Origin: Dimargaris cristalligena
Lineage: Eukaryota
NCBI GenBank assembly: GCA_003614675.1
Contig: ML002353.1
Location: forward strand, 1 to 39,318
Direction of reading: 5' to 3'
Length of the DNA stretch: 39,318 nucleotides
Numbering within the stretch: the first letter of the stretch is position 1; each line of letters opens with the position of its first letter. A program made the translations under genes and the position numbers. The notes beneath the pieces are model-generated. The model was not told where the DNA came from. It ran no database searches and was given only the letters and a program-made list of their open reading frames with translations. Positions 1 to 11,874 of the stretch are shown here, in pieces.

Positions 1-2313
1 GTCCAGAAGGAACTCGGCGGCGGTCAGCAACTCATCCACATAGGCGTCGTGGGCCGCCGAGGTTGGGATGTTTCGGACGGGCATTTGTAGGGCGTCGCTT
101 GATGACGAGGACGTGGAGGAGGCTTCAGGTCCATTGGGGACGGCGGGGGCTAAAGGAAGGGTCTGGTCCCGATCGTCCGTAAATTGGAGAGAATGGGCCG
201 GGGTAGTGCGCCGGCCGCCGAGGGAAAGGCTCGGCAGGGGATAAATCGAGCCACTCGGATTGGTGGCGGGTGGGAGCTGCATGGTAGCCAACGAGTCGGG
301 CGAGGCGGGGAAGGAGTAAATGGCTGATGACGCCCCCACCGCCAGTGAATTAGGGTCGGAAAAGACCGACGGGGTGGGATTGTAGGGTTGCGAGGGGCTC
401 TGGACGGCCGAGGACGGTACAGAGGTCAAACTAGGTTCCCGGATACGGAGCGGGTTGCGCATTCGGCGACTGAGGCGGAAACTTGTGGAAAGATCGGGTG
501 ACTGGGGCGCGGGTGGACCGGGAAGGTCAGTGGGGCGCCGCAAAAGTCCTCGTCGCGCGTCGGATTCCGGGGCCGAGGGCGGTGTGACAGCGGAGAGACC
601 CATGAGGTCGGAGCCGGGGGATAGGCCGGGGTGGGGGTCTGATCCAATGGGTGGGATAGCTGGCGGAGAGGCGGGGTAGGCCGGTAGAAGGGGGAACGGT
701 AACAGGCGGTCAAGGGGCACCGGGTCACGGTAGGCCAGGGGAACCCGGCGGGTAGGGAGACGGGTGGGAGTTAAGGTGTTTTGCAAATATGTGACCGGAT
801 AGTAGGGCTGATGTCCGGGTAGTCGGCGGAGGTGGGTCAGTGAGATGGGTAGTGGAGAGCCCGGGGTTGGCAGCGGGGAGACGGCGCCCCACGAACTGTT
901 GGCCGGGGTGGTCGCAGACGAATTCCGGAGGACCTCTGACCTCCGTTTGAACCAGCCTAGGCGGGACGTGCGATTGACCCGTGGTGGAGCAGAGGAGGTT
1001 GGGTCAGTATATGAGGAGTGGGTCGGGACGTGGACCTGCGAAGGGGACTCGTAGGTCACCGGGGTCAACTGGGTCAAGTGGCGGAACCGCCGCCGGTCGT
1101 TGGAAACAAGTCCGCTATGGGGAGGGGGGGCAAACATGGCCCGAATACGCTCGACATCGGTGTTCCAGTGCGGACTACAGAGACGATACTCCAGGGGGAT
1201 CCGCTTGGTGGATTTAGTCATGAAGCGCCAGCGCTTGTGACAGTTCTCAAAGTAAGGGCCATGGCAATAGGTACAAAAATTTACGGAGCCCAGGTAGGCC
1301 TGGAGGTGGGGCGGGAGGCGAGCGGACACCGGGACCCGCCAGCGGACCAAGGTACGAGCGGCCAGCTCAGCCAGGGTGGGTACGCGACGGGCCGGCGAGG
1401 GATTGAGACCAGCGGGAGGGGCGGGGGCCTCCGGGCGAGTATCAAGAGGCAACGAGGTCAACAACGGACAGCGGTTCAACCTCAACTTGCGCAGACACGG
1501 GAGCTCGGCCAGCTCGGCGGGAAGCACGCGAATGGGATTCTGGCTAATGTCGAGGGTAAAGAGCGAATGGAGAAGGCCGATTTCGGGGGGGAGGGAGGCC
1601 AGGCGATTGCAGCCCAAGTGAAGGACAGAGAGTTTGGGCAAACAGCCGATGCTGGGGGGGAGCTGGGTTAGCTGGTTATTGGTCAAAGTCAGGCAGACCA
1701 GCTTGTCCAGGTAGCCGATGGAGCTGGGCAGGACCTTGAGTTTGTTATGGGTCAGGTCCAACACGGTCAGGTTGGACATGTAGCCGATTTCGGGGGGCAG
1801 GGTGGTGAGTAGATTACAGCACAGTTGGAGGTAGTAGGTGGTTTCGAGGAGGGCCACGTTGGGCGAGAGGTGCACGAAGCCCTTGCCACACAGGCCTACG
1901 CTATTGAGATTGCACAGCTGACCCAGACGGTAGGTGGAGCAGGGGGCGGACTGGGGGGTGATATTCGCACCGGCACGGGCGGCCAGGCCACGGCGGGGCT
2001 GGGAGGCGACGGAGCGGGAGCGGAGATGGTCGGAATAGCCGGTGGGGTGGGGGTCGTCGGGGTCGACGTCGTCCGGCGGCAGCGAACCCAGTTCCAGGAG
2101 GTTGGGCAGGGCGGTCCAGGTGGGTGGGTAGTCCTCGCCATAGAGCGTGGGCGGGTCCACGATGGGGTGCACGTGGGTCGGGCCCAAGAGGGTGGAAAAC
2201 TCGGCGGACGGGTCAGCAGGGTTGATAGTGGACAGCTGGCCGGCCCTTCCTTTCTTAGGTAGGGTATAGCCAAAGGGTAGATCGGCCACCTCGCGGCTAA
2301 GGCCAGAACCCAT
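1..2313 (-). CDS. LRRC58/LRRC28-like leucine-rich-repeat protein with BC-box/cullin-box and Cys motif; 3' end truncated by the window (>=771 aa)
   Basis: ATG at 2313, frame open to position 1 with no stop, so absent from the ORF track. Starts MGSGLSREV. LRRs: LQLCCNLLTTLPPEIGYMSNLTVLDLTHNKLKVLPSSIGYLDKLVCLTLTNNQLTQLPPSIG. Then VPTLAELAARTL..LPPHLQAYLGSVNFCTYCHGPYF..IPLEYRLCSPHW and a long Pro/Ser-rich tail. Confidence 0.85.
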   Translation of the reverse strand, partial: MGSGLSREVADLPFGYTLPKKGRAGQLSTINPADPSAEFSTLLGPTHVHPIVDPPTLYGEDYPPTWTALPNLLELGSLPPDDVDPDDPHPTGYSDHLRSRSVASQPRRGLAARAGANITPQSAPCSTYRLGQLCNLNSVGLCGKGFVHLSPNVALLETTYYLQLCCNLLTTLPPEIGYMSNLTVLDLTHNKLKVLPSSIGYLDKLVCLTLTNNQLTQLPPSIGCLPKLSVLHLGCNRLASLPPEIGLLHSLFTLDISQNPIRVLPAELAELPCLRKLRLNRCPLLTSLPLDTRPEAPAPPAGLNPSPARRVPTLAELAARTLVRWRVPVSARLPPHLQAYLGSVNFCTYCHGPYFENCHKRWRFMTKSTKRIPLEYRLCSPHWNTDVERIRAMFAPPPHSGLVSNDRRRFRHLTQLTPVTYESPSQVHVPTHSSYTDPTSSAPPRVNRTSRLGWFKRRSEVLRNSSATTPANSSWGAVSPLPTPGSPLPISLTHLRRLPGHQPYYPVTYLQNTLTPTRLPTRRVPLAYRDPVPLDRLLPFPLLPAYPASPPAIPPIGSDPHPGLSPGSDLMGLSAVTPPSAPESDARRGLLRRPTDLPGPPAPQSPDLSTSFRLSRRMRNPLRIREPSLTSVPSSAVQSPSQPYNPTPSVFSDPNSLAVGASSAIYSFPASPDSLATMQLPPATNPSGSIYPLPSLSLGGRRTTPAHSLQFTDDRDQTLPLAPAVPNGPEASSTSSSSSDALQMPVRNIPTSAAHDAYVDELLTAAEFLLD

Positions 2314-3007
2314 GGTGAGCGGAGACGGAGAAGGAAGTACAGTCAGTAGAGGAGGTGGTCACACAGAAGCAGCGACTGGCAGGGTTACAGCGAGGCTCCG
2401 AGCGCAAGAGAGACAGTAGGAAGCAGCAAATGGGGAGGAGCCGCCGCCTTTAACATAAAAGAGATGAGCGGTTAGGGCGTCGCAGGAACGAACTGAAATA
2501 ATAGAACGAAATAATAAATAGAAATAGAAAGAGTTGGGAGAACAAGCCAAGCCGTAACCAAGGGACATTTAGAAAACACCGCATACAACGGTGGTTGTTG
2601 TAAAGAGGAGATGGTGGGAACTGTGGGAGAGGCGGACTGACACTTAGGAAAGAAGGGTACGTGTGGTGTATACTACTATAATATGTCTAGTCCAGCTAGA
2701 TGGGTGGGTTATACATTATATTTTTGGTTGGTGCTGTGCTTGTATTATGGTAGGAATAATGAGGGCGGTAGTTGTGGGTGACAAGTGCTATTATTACACC
2801 CCACGGCCCTTAAAATAATACTGTGGGCTTCCTCCCCTTTTATAATCAGCTGACTTGAAGCACTTCACGTGGTCAATACGACGAGACGACCCTTCCCATG
2901 GGAATAAACCCTGGCAATGTTGATCCAACCTGGTTTATTATACACCAATCATCTATAGAGCCATTTTGTAGCCCTTCGTCACCTCCAAAGCCCTACACTA
3001 ACGGGGT

Positions 3008-4048
3008 CTAGTCACTCGGCCCAAGTAGCTGTTTTTCGAGAATATAAGCGTCCGCGGGGCTAATACGCGTGTAGTAGTCGGGCACCGTCTCCACCATGAG
3101 GAATCCTTGCCGCTGGTAAAAAGCCATGGCGTCCTCGTTCGATACCTGGACATGAAGGCGCACCCGTTTGATCACTGGCCCGTGGTCCCGGTAGTTCGCG
3201 GTGTGCGCGGCCTGTAAGATATGTTCCAGCAACACCCGGCCTGCAGGTCGACACGTCAGCGTCATATACAAAACACCAAGGGGGTTCTCGTTTGGTTAGT
3301 GGGGCCTTCGCATTCTACTCCCTTCGTCTAAACAAAACTGTGCATCCCGGGCACTATAGGGCAGAAGCCCACTGGCCTAGAAGAGGGGGTAGGGTACACA
3401 AACCCTCAGCCCATTACCTGTATCGGGTCGGGTGGTTCCCTCGATAACTTACCGATTCCCAGCCGGCGGTAGGGGGCCAGCACCCCCAAAGTCATGATAT
3501 ACAGTTGGTGGTCCGATTCGGGATCCTCCGCTATTGGTTCTAGTTTACAGCCGACCGTCCCCACGCAAACACGGTTGAAGTACGCTAGATGGTTTGGGAT
3601 GGCACATCAGGGGAGAACAACATCAACGTTGATCTATATCGCGTTAATCCAGACATACCAACCGCCAGAAACACACACGGTCAACATCGACATCGACATA
3701 AATTCCAAAAGCGTTAGGGTAGGAGTATTCGCTGTTGCCAGTCGGGGACGCTCTGATTAATCCCCGTGGGATTGCCCCTCCCAATTATCCACCGCTCCTT
3801 ATTCCTAAGCAGCGGCTCCAACCAAGCTCCTCCGTCGCCGGATACTCTCCCCACAGAGGCCCTTTATCAAAGCAACGGGCGAAAAACGTACCTAATTTGG
3901 CATACTCCCCCACGGTTAGTAGTAGCTTGTAAAAGGATGGACTATATTGTACGGGAAACAGAACCCCGTTAAGTCGCTTGACCTGAGGGAGGAGGTCGGG
4001 GGTAATGTCCACGAGTTGGACGCTGGAGTTCGGGGCATCGGATAACAT
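3008..4048 (-). CDS. NAA50: N-alpha-acetyltransferase 50 (NatE catalytic subunit, GNAT), 173 aa, 3 exons
   Basis: Exons 4048-3892, 3584-3453, 3240-3008 with GT-AG introns in phase. Motifs VKRLNGVLFPVQYSPSFY, LYIMTLGVLAPYRRLGIG, LHVQVSNEDAMAFYQRQGF, YYTRISPADAYIL. Confidence 0.93.
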
Positions 4049-4506
4049 GGTTAAGTAACTAACTTAAACAAAGAGCTATAGGACACACTAAGTATAAGAG
4101 CATGGGGCCAGCATTGCGGAGAGTTAAAGGGGGGTATGATGATGTGGAAGTCTCCTCAAATAGAGCATTCCCAAGGCGGCTTCCAAGTTCCCCCCCCCCC
4201 ACAAAGTAAACCAGGGCAAGTTGGGGTGGCTGTGGTCTATTTTGAAACTCCCCGCCGTGTCATGGGTATATAGAAAATTGGGAGAAAAAAATCACCCATC
4301 ATTGTCATGGTACCCCCTATATAATACGCTGCTATACAATAAACTATCAACATAGGTGATGTCCGTGATTGAGGGAAATCAATCCAGCCATATACAATGA
4401 TGGGCGTTAATCCCACTAAAGGGGGTTTCAGCGACAAAATGGTGCTTTAATTTACAAGATCCAAGAAATTCTTAAGCGTAGGCTATAATGGTCGTAACCA
4501 TCAGGT

Positions 4507-5008
4507 TTATTTCATGACGGAGGTCATTTTCTCCGCGATGAGAGCGAGGTCGCTGGTTAACTGTTCGTGCTGTTGAACTTCCTGTGTACGTTGCTGGGTA
4601 TTCCACTGCGAATCAGGGACGGAGGCAGTCAAGAGTGGAAGCGACGAGGCTCGTGTAGATGACTATAGACCAAAAAAAAGTCCATCATAGTTAGAGTTAG
4701 TTCAACTGGACCCAAGAGACTACCCGTATTCTATAATAATGCTAATAAAAAGAGGCCCTTTAGGGATATTAGATATATGCAGGTCTAAATAGACTTACCC
4801 TCGTTACCCGGACAGAGGGCTGTCTAATACCCCGCAGGGTCTCGGCGAGACTGGTCGAGCAGTTGGGATCGAGCTCGGCTTTGCTGGGCCGCCGGGACTT
4901 CTTTTGAATCTTGGAGCTACCGGCCGCTTGCCGGAGTTTACTGGATTCCGCTTTCTGGGGAGCCCTCTGGCGGGTGGGAAACGGGCCTGAGCGTCGTTTA
5001 CTGGCCAT
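4507..5008 (-). CDS. Small Lys/Arg-rich protein of unknown function, ~121 aa, 2 exons
   Basis: Exons 5008-4799 (AGG|GTAAGT donor) and 4662-4507 (CTAAC branch site, TAG acceptor) join in phase 0: MASKRRSGPFP...VRVTR/SSTRASSLP...EQLTSDLALIAEKMTSVMK*. Confidence 0.6.
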
Positions 5009-5528
5009 GGTAAACTATAGCCGGGTATAGTGGATTGGTGAATGGGAAAAGGGAGGGCAGAGGTGCCGCAGTTCGTCGGGTAGCTCACCTTAAATAAGGA
5101 CGAGATGGGGTCAATAAAGGGGCGCACGGGTCGCTCGATGGGGCGGCGGTTTATAAGGAGAGAGAGGGAGAGGCCAGCAGGACGGATCGCAGGGTCCCGA
5201 GGGTTACTTGAAGTAAAGTAATGCGGAAAATAGGCGAATAGAAAAAAAAGAGCGAAGGGAAAGGCAGAGAGGGAGAGCCGTACAAATAACCCGAGCATAT
5301 AGTCCACCTATTACCCACCTAACCCATTCAGCCAGCCTTAACTAACTGTACTATTACTATGGCTGCAAAGGGTTTAGAGCCAGTTAGCTATTTAACCCTA
5401 CTCCTGATACTCGGGACTGCTCTTCTTGCTTCTTGCTCCACATTTGCTCCTGTTGGTTGGAAAAACCACCTTACCTGTCTTCTCTAACTCACTTGCATCT
5501 TGTATATCGTCAATTTAATCAGTATAGC

Positions 5529-6957
5529 ATGGAAAAGAAATCGTCTCTGCCTCCTCCTGTCCTCATTCCCGAGCTGGGGCACCTGTTTTACACCCTCGGG
5601 TGGATGACCGGGACCGGGTAAGTTGGGTCTCGCTGACTCTAGAGCCTGATTCCTTACGAGGGCCTATAGGAGCAACTCCACTTACACTAACACACTCGCA
5701 TGTCTATACCTATACCACCTCTACCATGTATTGTCCTCCCCCCTGCTCATGTGTATAGTGGCGGCATCAGTATTCGAGAAGGGTAGGTTGTGCGGTTATA
5801 CCTAGTCCCCAATATCACCACCACATTACCACCTCCCCCTTAAGATAATAATGCTTACCAACTCACACCCCCTTCCAATCATTGACCCACGCCCCCCCCA
5901 CCCAGAGACACCATATTCGTAACCCCCTCAGGTAAGAGGTATTACCTATTCTTTGGCTAATAAAACTGGACTGGCCTGATTTCAGCTATGGACGCCTACC
6001 CCTCCATCCTCCATAACCGTCACTAATCACAGTTATCAATAACAACAACCCCCTGCTATGCTCCAGGTATCCAAAAGGAGCGCCTGACTCCCTCGGACCT
6101 CTTCCTACTGGATTTCCATACCCGTAGCATCCTGAAGGCACCCACCCTTCCGGTACAGCCTTCCGCCTGCACCCCTCTATTCTACCACTGCTTTCAGCTT
6201 CGGGACGCCGGCGCCTGCATCCACACCCACTCCCAGAATGCGCTGCTGGTTACCCTGATTTATCCCGGCCCGACATTCACCATTACCAACCAGGAGATGA
6301 TCAAGGGGATTCGCCGGGGCACCCACGGGCCTGGCCTAGCCAATACAGACACCCTAGTCGTCCCTATTATCGAGAATGCCCCCACTGAAGAGGATCTGTC
6401 CGATGGGCTAACTCAGGTAAGCCTATCAGTGCCCATTGCAATGTAATGGTCCCCTACTACTGCACAACTGGCTGACCACTCCTCGGACTCACTCCACCAC
6501 ACTCCTTAATTGGGGATTCCCCGTGATCTTTCCTTAATAGGCCATGAGCGAATATCCCGATACCTGTGCCATTCTCGTACGCAACCACGGCGTTTTCGTT
6601 TGGGGCGGTAAGTGTTCTCCATCTAATTCACCCTAGAGATTTACGAATATGTTGGGAGGGAAGGGGGGCGACTCGATCCCCTTGTGCTTGACCACTCTCA
6701 CCCTAACTACCCAACTCAATCGGGTGAATACTGCCCGTTTAGTAAAAGAGTGAGCGGTCTAGCAACATCCTTTTTTTTGTTACATATTTATTGACGAATC
6801 ACCCACCATTTACGGCCCTTTTTGTGCATTGCATCCCCCGCACCATACTTCAACTCCAGCCACTTGGGAAAAGGCGAAGACCATGACGGAATGCTATGAC
6901 TACTTATTCGAAGTGGCCATTAAAATGAAACAACTAGGAATGGATCCCCATTGTTGA
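5529..6957 (+). CDS. MDE1: Methylthioribulose-1-phosphate dehydratase (methionine salvage; APIP/MtnB, class II aldolase family), 217 aa, 6 exons
   Basis: Exons 5529-5617, 5759-5782, 5906-5931, 6067-6416, 6541-6607, 6860-6957. Motifs [81 protein letters not shown]. Confidence 0.95.
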
Positions 6958-7206
6958 AACCGAATGGACTAACACGGTAATCCGGATTCTCGTTTCCGTC
7001 GGTATATTTTTGACTTTATTATATTGGGGACTGCCTCCCGGTCGTAAATAAATATATGGGACATATTCCTGCTTGCGTGTAGCCCCCAAACATAGAGGTC
7101 ATTCATAGGAGATGCCCTGACTGTTGTGGATTAGGTGGTCTTGACTGATAATGATTTCAGTGACCGGGTCTAAAGAAACCCCGGACCTTTCCCATTAGAA
7201 GGTCAA

Positions 7207-10101
7207 TTAATGCTGTTTACATAGCATATTGCCCTGGGATACCTGAAATTTACAGAGGCCCATCTCCAGCGCCATACCCACAAACGCCGCGATCGTAATG
7301 CCCATCGAGCCTCCCACACCGCATACCCCCATAGAGAACTCCCGGTGAGTAGAGGGGACGTCCTTGGACACGTTAAAATACGTATTAACATAAGTGCTTC
7401 CTAAAACCCGAAAATGATTAATGGCCCAACAAGGGATCCGGAATATTCCATAGTTAGTAGTTGACTTATTACCTCTCAATAAAACAAACCCGCGATCAAA
7501 AGTGGTGGAGGGGGGGGGGCTTTAGTCGCCACCGGAGCTATATCTAGATATTCACATACTGCGTATCACTTACCACCCAAGAGTCCTTCCCAGAAGATAA
7601 CGGCAAATACCAGGTAGACCGACGGCATCCACCCAAATAATGCCTGGCTCAGGAGTAGCAACATGGTGAGTACTTGCATTGAGCTGGGTATCCAGACCCG
7701 TTGAATATGTAAAATCGAAACGCTGGACCGACTAATGAATACGCCAGCCTGATACAGAGCTGTTGGTTTACCCCGCGCCGCGAGTATCCCCGAATTAAAT
7801 CGACAGTGTACAGTCATTACCGGGCCAAAATACAGTCACAGTGGGGAGATTAGCAATCCGAAAGTACAAAGTCCCGGGGGACTCTCCTAGCGGGCCGCTT
7901 TAGCCCTGGCCGGGTCACTATTCTCATGCGATGGGCGTAACACACTCGACTAGCCGCACTTGGCGACCCTCCATGGGCATAACGATCCATCATACAGGAC
8001 TTGAGGGACATTCATCTCCAACAAAACCTACCTTGGTAGTAAATGTAGTGGTCCGTCATTTTCTGAAACGGTGTCTTGTTCAAGTTAAAGAGAATGGTGG
8101 GGGTGATGCCCGAGTTAGTCAAATATTGGGCCCAGTATACCACAAAGAGAGGTAAAACGTAGGGCACAATGAGCAGTTTGACCAACTGGACCCGCTCCCG
8201 GAGCGTGGCAGCCTCCCTGACTGGCCACTTATCGGCACGAAGCGCGGACTCGCCCAGCTCTGACTCCGCCGGAGATGAAGGTGTGTATTTCTCCTTTTGA
8301 ATCGGTAACAATCCACTGTCGGCGGAACCCAACTGCGCGGGCTCCATCCACGCCTTCTGAGCCTCCATAAATTCCTTCTGAAGCTTCATGGTGGCGGACG
8401 AGATACGTAAATAGAAAAAATAGACCACCAGCATCACGGGGGGGAGTGCGGCAACGATGCACAGCGTGATGGTAAGGGACAGCCGAGCCCACACCGTAAA
8501 TGCGAGGAATAGGAAGGACCCCAAAAGGCCCGAGCCGCCAGTACCCGACGACCACGCCGACACGCTGGATGACTCGTAATACGATGTCATCATAAGGAAG
8601 GTTAGTTCCCCTAATCCACTACCAACCGAGCAGATCATAACCCCTGACATGGCAGATTTAAGGAGAGAAGTGAGAAATTAGAGGATTAATAATTCGCTCC
8701 TAGAGGCCCAGCTGGATGAAGGTGTTATCCGCATCCTTTAGGGCGATGTGGACAGCGGTACAGTTTATACCATTTACTGGCCATTAATGGATAGCCAAGA
8801 GTGAAATAAGCCATTAAATAATCTCTGAAGAGTGTCTAAAACTATGTGGTAAGGGCGCGGCGATAGTACCAAGTGAACTTACCCATGAGTCGCAGAGCGA
8901 CATTATCAATCCAGGCGACCACCTGTAGGATAGAGTAGCGAAGGTATACCAATTTTAAATGAAGGTTATAGGAGTACCGTTATAATATCCGAATTATTAG
9001 TTATGGCCACTGGCACTTTTTTTAAATATTATATATATATTAATAGATAATAGAGTATGTGATAGAATGAGCTCCTCAGACCAAATAATAATAATATCAG
9101 TACCACTGGATAATATTGGTTCTTACCAGAAGTGCACCTAGTGACGCTACCACAACAGCGATAATCCGGGTACTTCGAGGGAACAGGATCAATATTACGT
9201 TGGATATGTGCAAATAGTACTCGTTGGTAAATTCAATGAAGCGCGCTTGTAAATATTTACAATACAATGCGATGCTAGTTAGTATGGGAGTGCCCGATAA
9301 CGGCCCTTACAAAAAGCGGATACTGGTGTGATTCTAGGCACTCGGTAATCTATCCAAATAACTCAACCTTACCTGTAGGGAATGCGGTGAATAAAGTAAG
9401 GGGCAAAAATGCTCACCAGTGAAGAGGGTACGATGTTGGCCGCCAGCACAACTGACTACATTCCGAGAATAAAAAGCAAAGGGAAGGGGTTTACATTAAG
9501 GGCACTATAAGAACGGGGAGAAGAGGTGGAGGAGGGTAGGGGCCAATTATCTAATTTATCAGCAGGCCACCGTATATAAATATGCATCGAAACCCAGGTT
9601 TAAATACTCAAGCACCGACTAATCGCTTTCTAGCCACTTACTACTGGAATATTACTGTTCGATTCGAGAATTCGCTGAGCGGCCGAGAGAAAGATGGCAT
9701 AGACCAAATTATTGATAATACCTGATTATAGGGAGAGACAAGAGTGCATGTGGAGGGGAGATCGAGGTCAAAATAGGGACAATTCACTCCCACTAAAGAT
9801 ATCCGGCGAAGTTCACGTACACGACGGAGATTCAAGGGTCGGCCAAGAACTTGACTTACCGCAAATGAAAAAGGCGGCCCTAATAGCCATTGTGACGGGA
9901 AGCCGCCCTGTCGATATGGATTGGTACGAGGGAATAAGGAGTAGGGTAGCAGCCGAGAGGGCATAGTGAGAAATTGTATATACAAACGAGACTAGTGACG
10001 GTCGGTCCATATGAGGGCATTGTCTCCAAAAGTAAAATCACAGTCATCGGTTTATTCTTACCGGCACTATCAAATACATCCGAGCCTAGGTCTGACTTCA
10101 T
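7207..10101 (-). CDS. BTN1: Battenin / CLN3-family vacuolar membrane protein, 442 aa, 9 exons
   Basis: Exons 10101-10062, 9907-9860, 9721-9642, 9455-9373, 9172-9127, 8922-8883, 8643-8032, 7759-7574, 7400-7207, all in phase. Motifs AFFICGIINNLVYAIFLSAA, GLGELTFL, AWSSGTGGSG, LYQAGVFISRSS, WEGLLGGSTYVNT, REFSMG. Confidence 0.93.
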
Positions 10102-11739
10102 GGTGGAATTAAACGGAATTCCAAATAAAAAACTGTTGAATTAATAAGAGTAGACTACAAGGGCTCGCCTTATTAAAATCTGGACTCTAGCCTGAATTAA
10201 GAACAAAAGGATTAAATAATAAGAAGCTCGAAATTGGGCGCGGAGGTGGACATTCTTATAAGGATCCCCCTTCAGGTGAAGGCGAAACGAATAAACCCTG
10301 GCTGAATAGAATCAAGGCCTAGGGTTAGAGGAATTTATTACATGCCCCGAAACTGTATCCCTTCCAATGTCTCCAACCACCGTTGATAGGGCCATGCGCT
10401 GACGACAGATTAAGAGCCGAGTTGGCCCGCCCGTGGAACCCGACAAAGAGGGGCTAAGCAGGCCCCTCCCTGAAATAGTACGGCCGGGGGAATCCATAAC
10501 ACCCTAACAGATGCCCATTTTAGAGAATACTCCACTAGCTGACTCGATGGACCAAAGTGGGGATGGGATAAACTAGGTATATTAGAGCAGACCTGTAATC
10601 AAATCAATTAAAAATTAAGCAACAGCACAAGCCAGTCTTGGTGGCGGTCAACAACGACTACGGCCCCGCTTGGTCAAAAGCGACTGATATCCCGTTGAAT
10701 TGGTACTACCTCAACTTGGAGGCGGTCCGTATGAATTGTGCGACAACAACGGGAGTATGGAGAGGATGCCTTGATATAGTACCAAGACTATAGCCCCTTA
10801 ATGATTCGGAGGGGAATAGAAGGAAATCACACTATTCGCTCCGCATCATGCTACTCCCGAATTTTAGGGTTTAGCGACTGTGAATCAATGGGCCAATTAC
10901 CTTGGGATTAGTAGTCATATTTGGCTAAAGGTATCGGAGGTTCATCATCAGTATCAGCATTATCATCATCATCATGAATAACTGTTTCATCCTTCCTTCG
11001 CCTGTGCTATCCCCATTGGTACTTCAATAGGAGTTGGTAATATTCTTGGCCACCCAAGGAAAGGGGGCAAATAGGCATGAAAATTAGCCCTCCCCTTCAA
11101 ATATTCCAGTGGGTTGACAGGGTTTCTCACCCTACTCCCCAGTCCCACTATATAAAATCAGGCAGTTGGCTGATCACCTACGGTTTTGGTGTAACCGATT
11201 TGGACTACTAAAACCGCCGTATTGTTGTTAACGGGGGAACTCCCCCTCCCCCTCCCCCCAAAAAAATAAAACATTGACCCATTGAGGTTTGACGCGTTGG
11301 CTATGGATTTTGCTTGCTACCTTTCAAACATCACCCAGATAAACATAGGGTATGGGTAATTCCAGGGGTTGATAGTTGCCCCGCACTACCACAAATTATA
11401 TATAACACCACCCCCTCCATATAGCCTGCTACTATTCATGGTGGGGGCGCGAGCCATAGGCCATGCCGGCTAGGACCACATTCGTGGAATAAATATGCTT
11501 ATCCAAATAACAACGGCCGATCGATTAGAATCGGCATAGTTCGAGGTAGGTATGGTATTAGATTAAGGTACAGTCGGTGGGGAGGAGAAAGGAGATACGA
11601 ATAGCAGAGAATGGTAGATTAGAGGGAATGGATAAATAATAGGTAAATTAGAAAAAAATGAATAATGGTAGAATAGAAGGTGTATTAGAAATAGATTTGG
11701 GGAAATAAGATGAAGAAAGTGGTAAAAGACGATGCCGTG

Positions 11740-11767
11740 ATTATTATTATTATTATTATTATTATTA
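11740..11767. repeat. (ATT)n microsatellite
   Basis: About 9 perfect ATT units downstream of the coiled-coil gene. Confidence 0.9.
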
Positions 11768-11874
11768 GAAGGTAGAGACACACTCAAATAGGAAAGTGAA
11801 GGAAAGTACAGCAACTTAACAGGGGGATGGTCGACCGGTCGACTCACCCTGTTATGGCCCTAGTGCAGCTAAAT

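Noticed and set aside
1018-2262. Plus-strand ORFs of 217 aa and 145 aa
   Set aside because: Antisense shadows of the GC-rich LRR gene; no recognisable motifs.
4804-5307. 167-aa minus-strand ORF with a hydrophobic N-terminus
   Set aside because: Non-ATG start in pyrimidine-rich UTR/promoter sequence; overlaps the better-supported spliced gene in another frame.
10200-11560. Possible small gene including an acidic (GAT)n segment near 10940-10980
   Set aside because: No phase-consistent exon chain with credible start and stop could be built.
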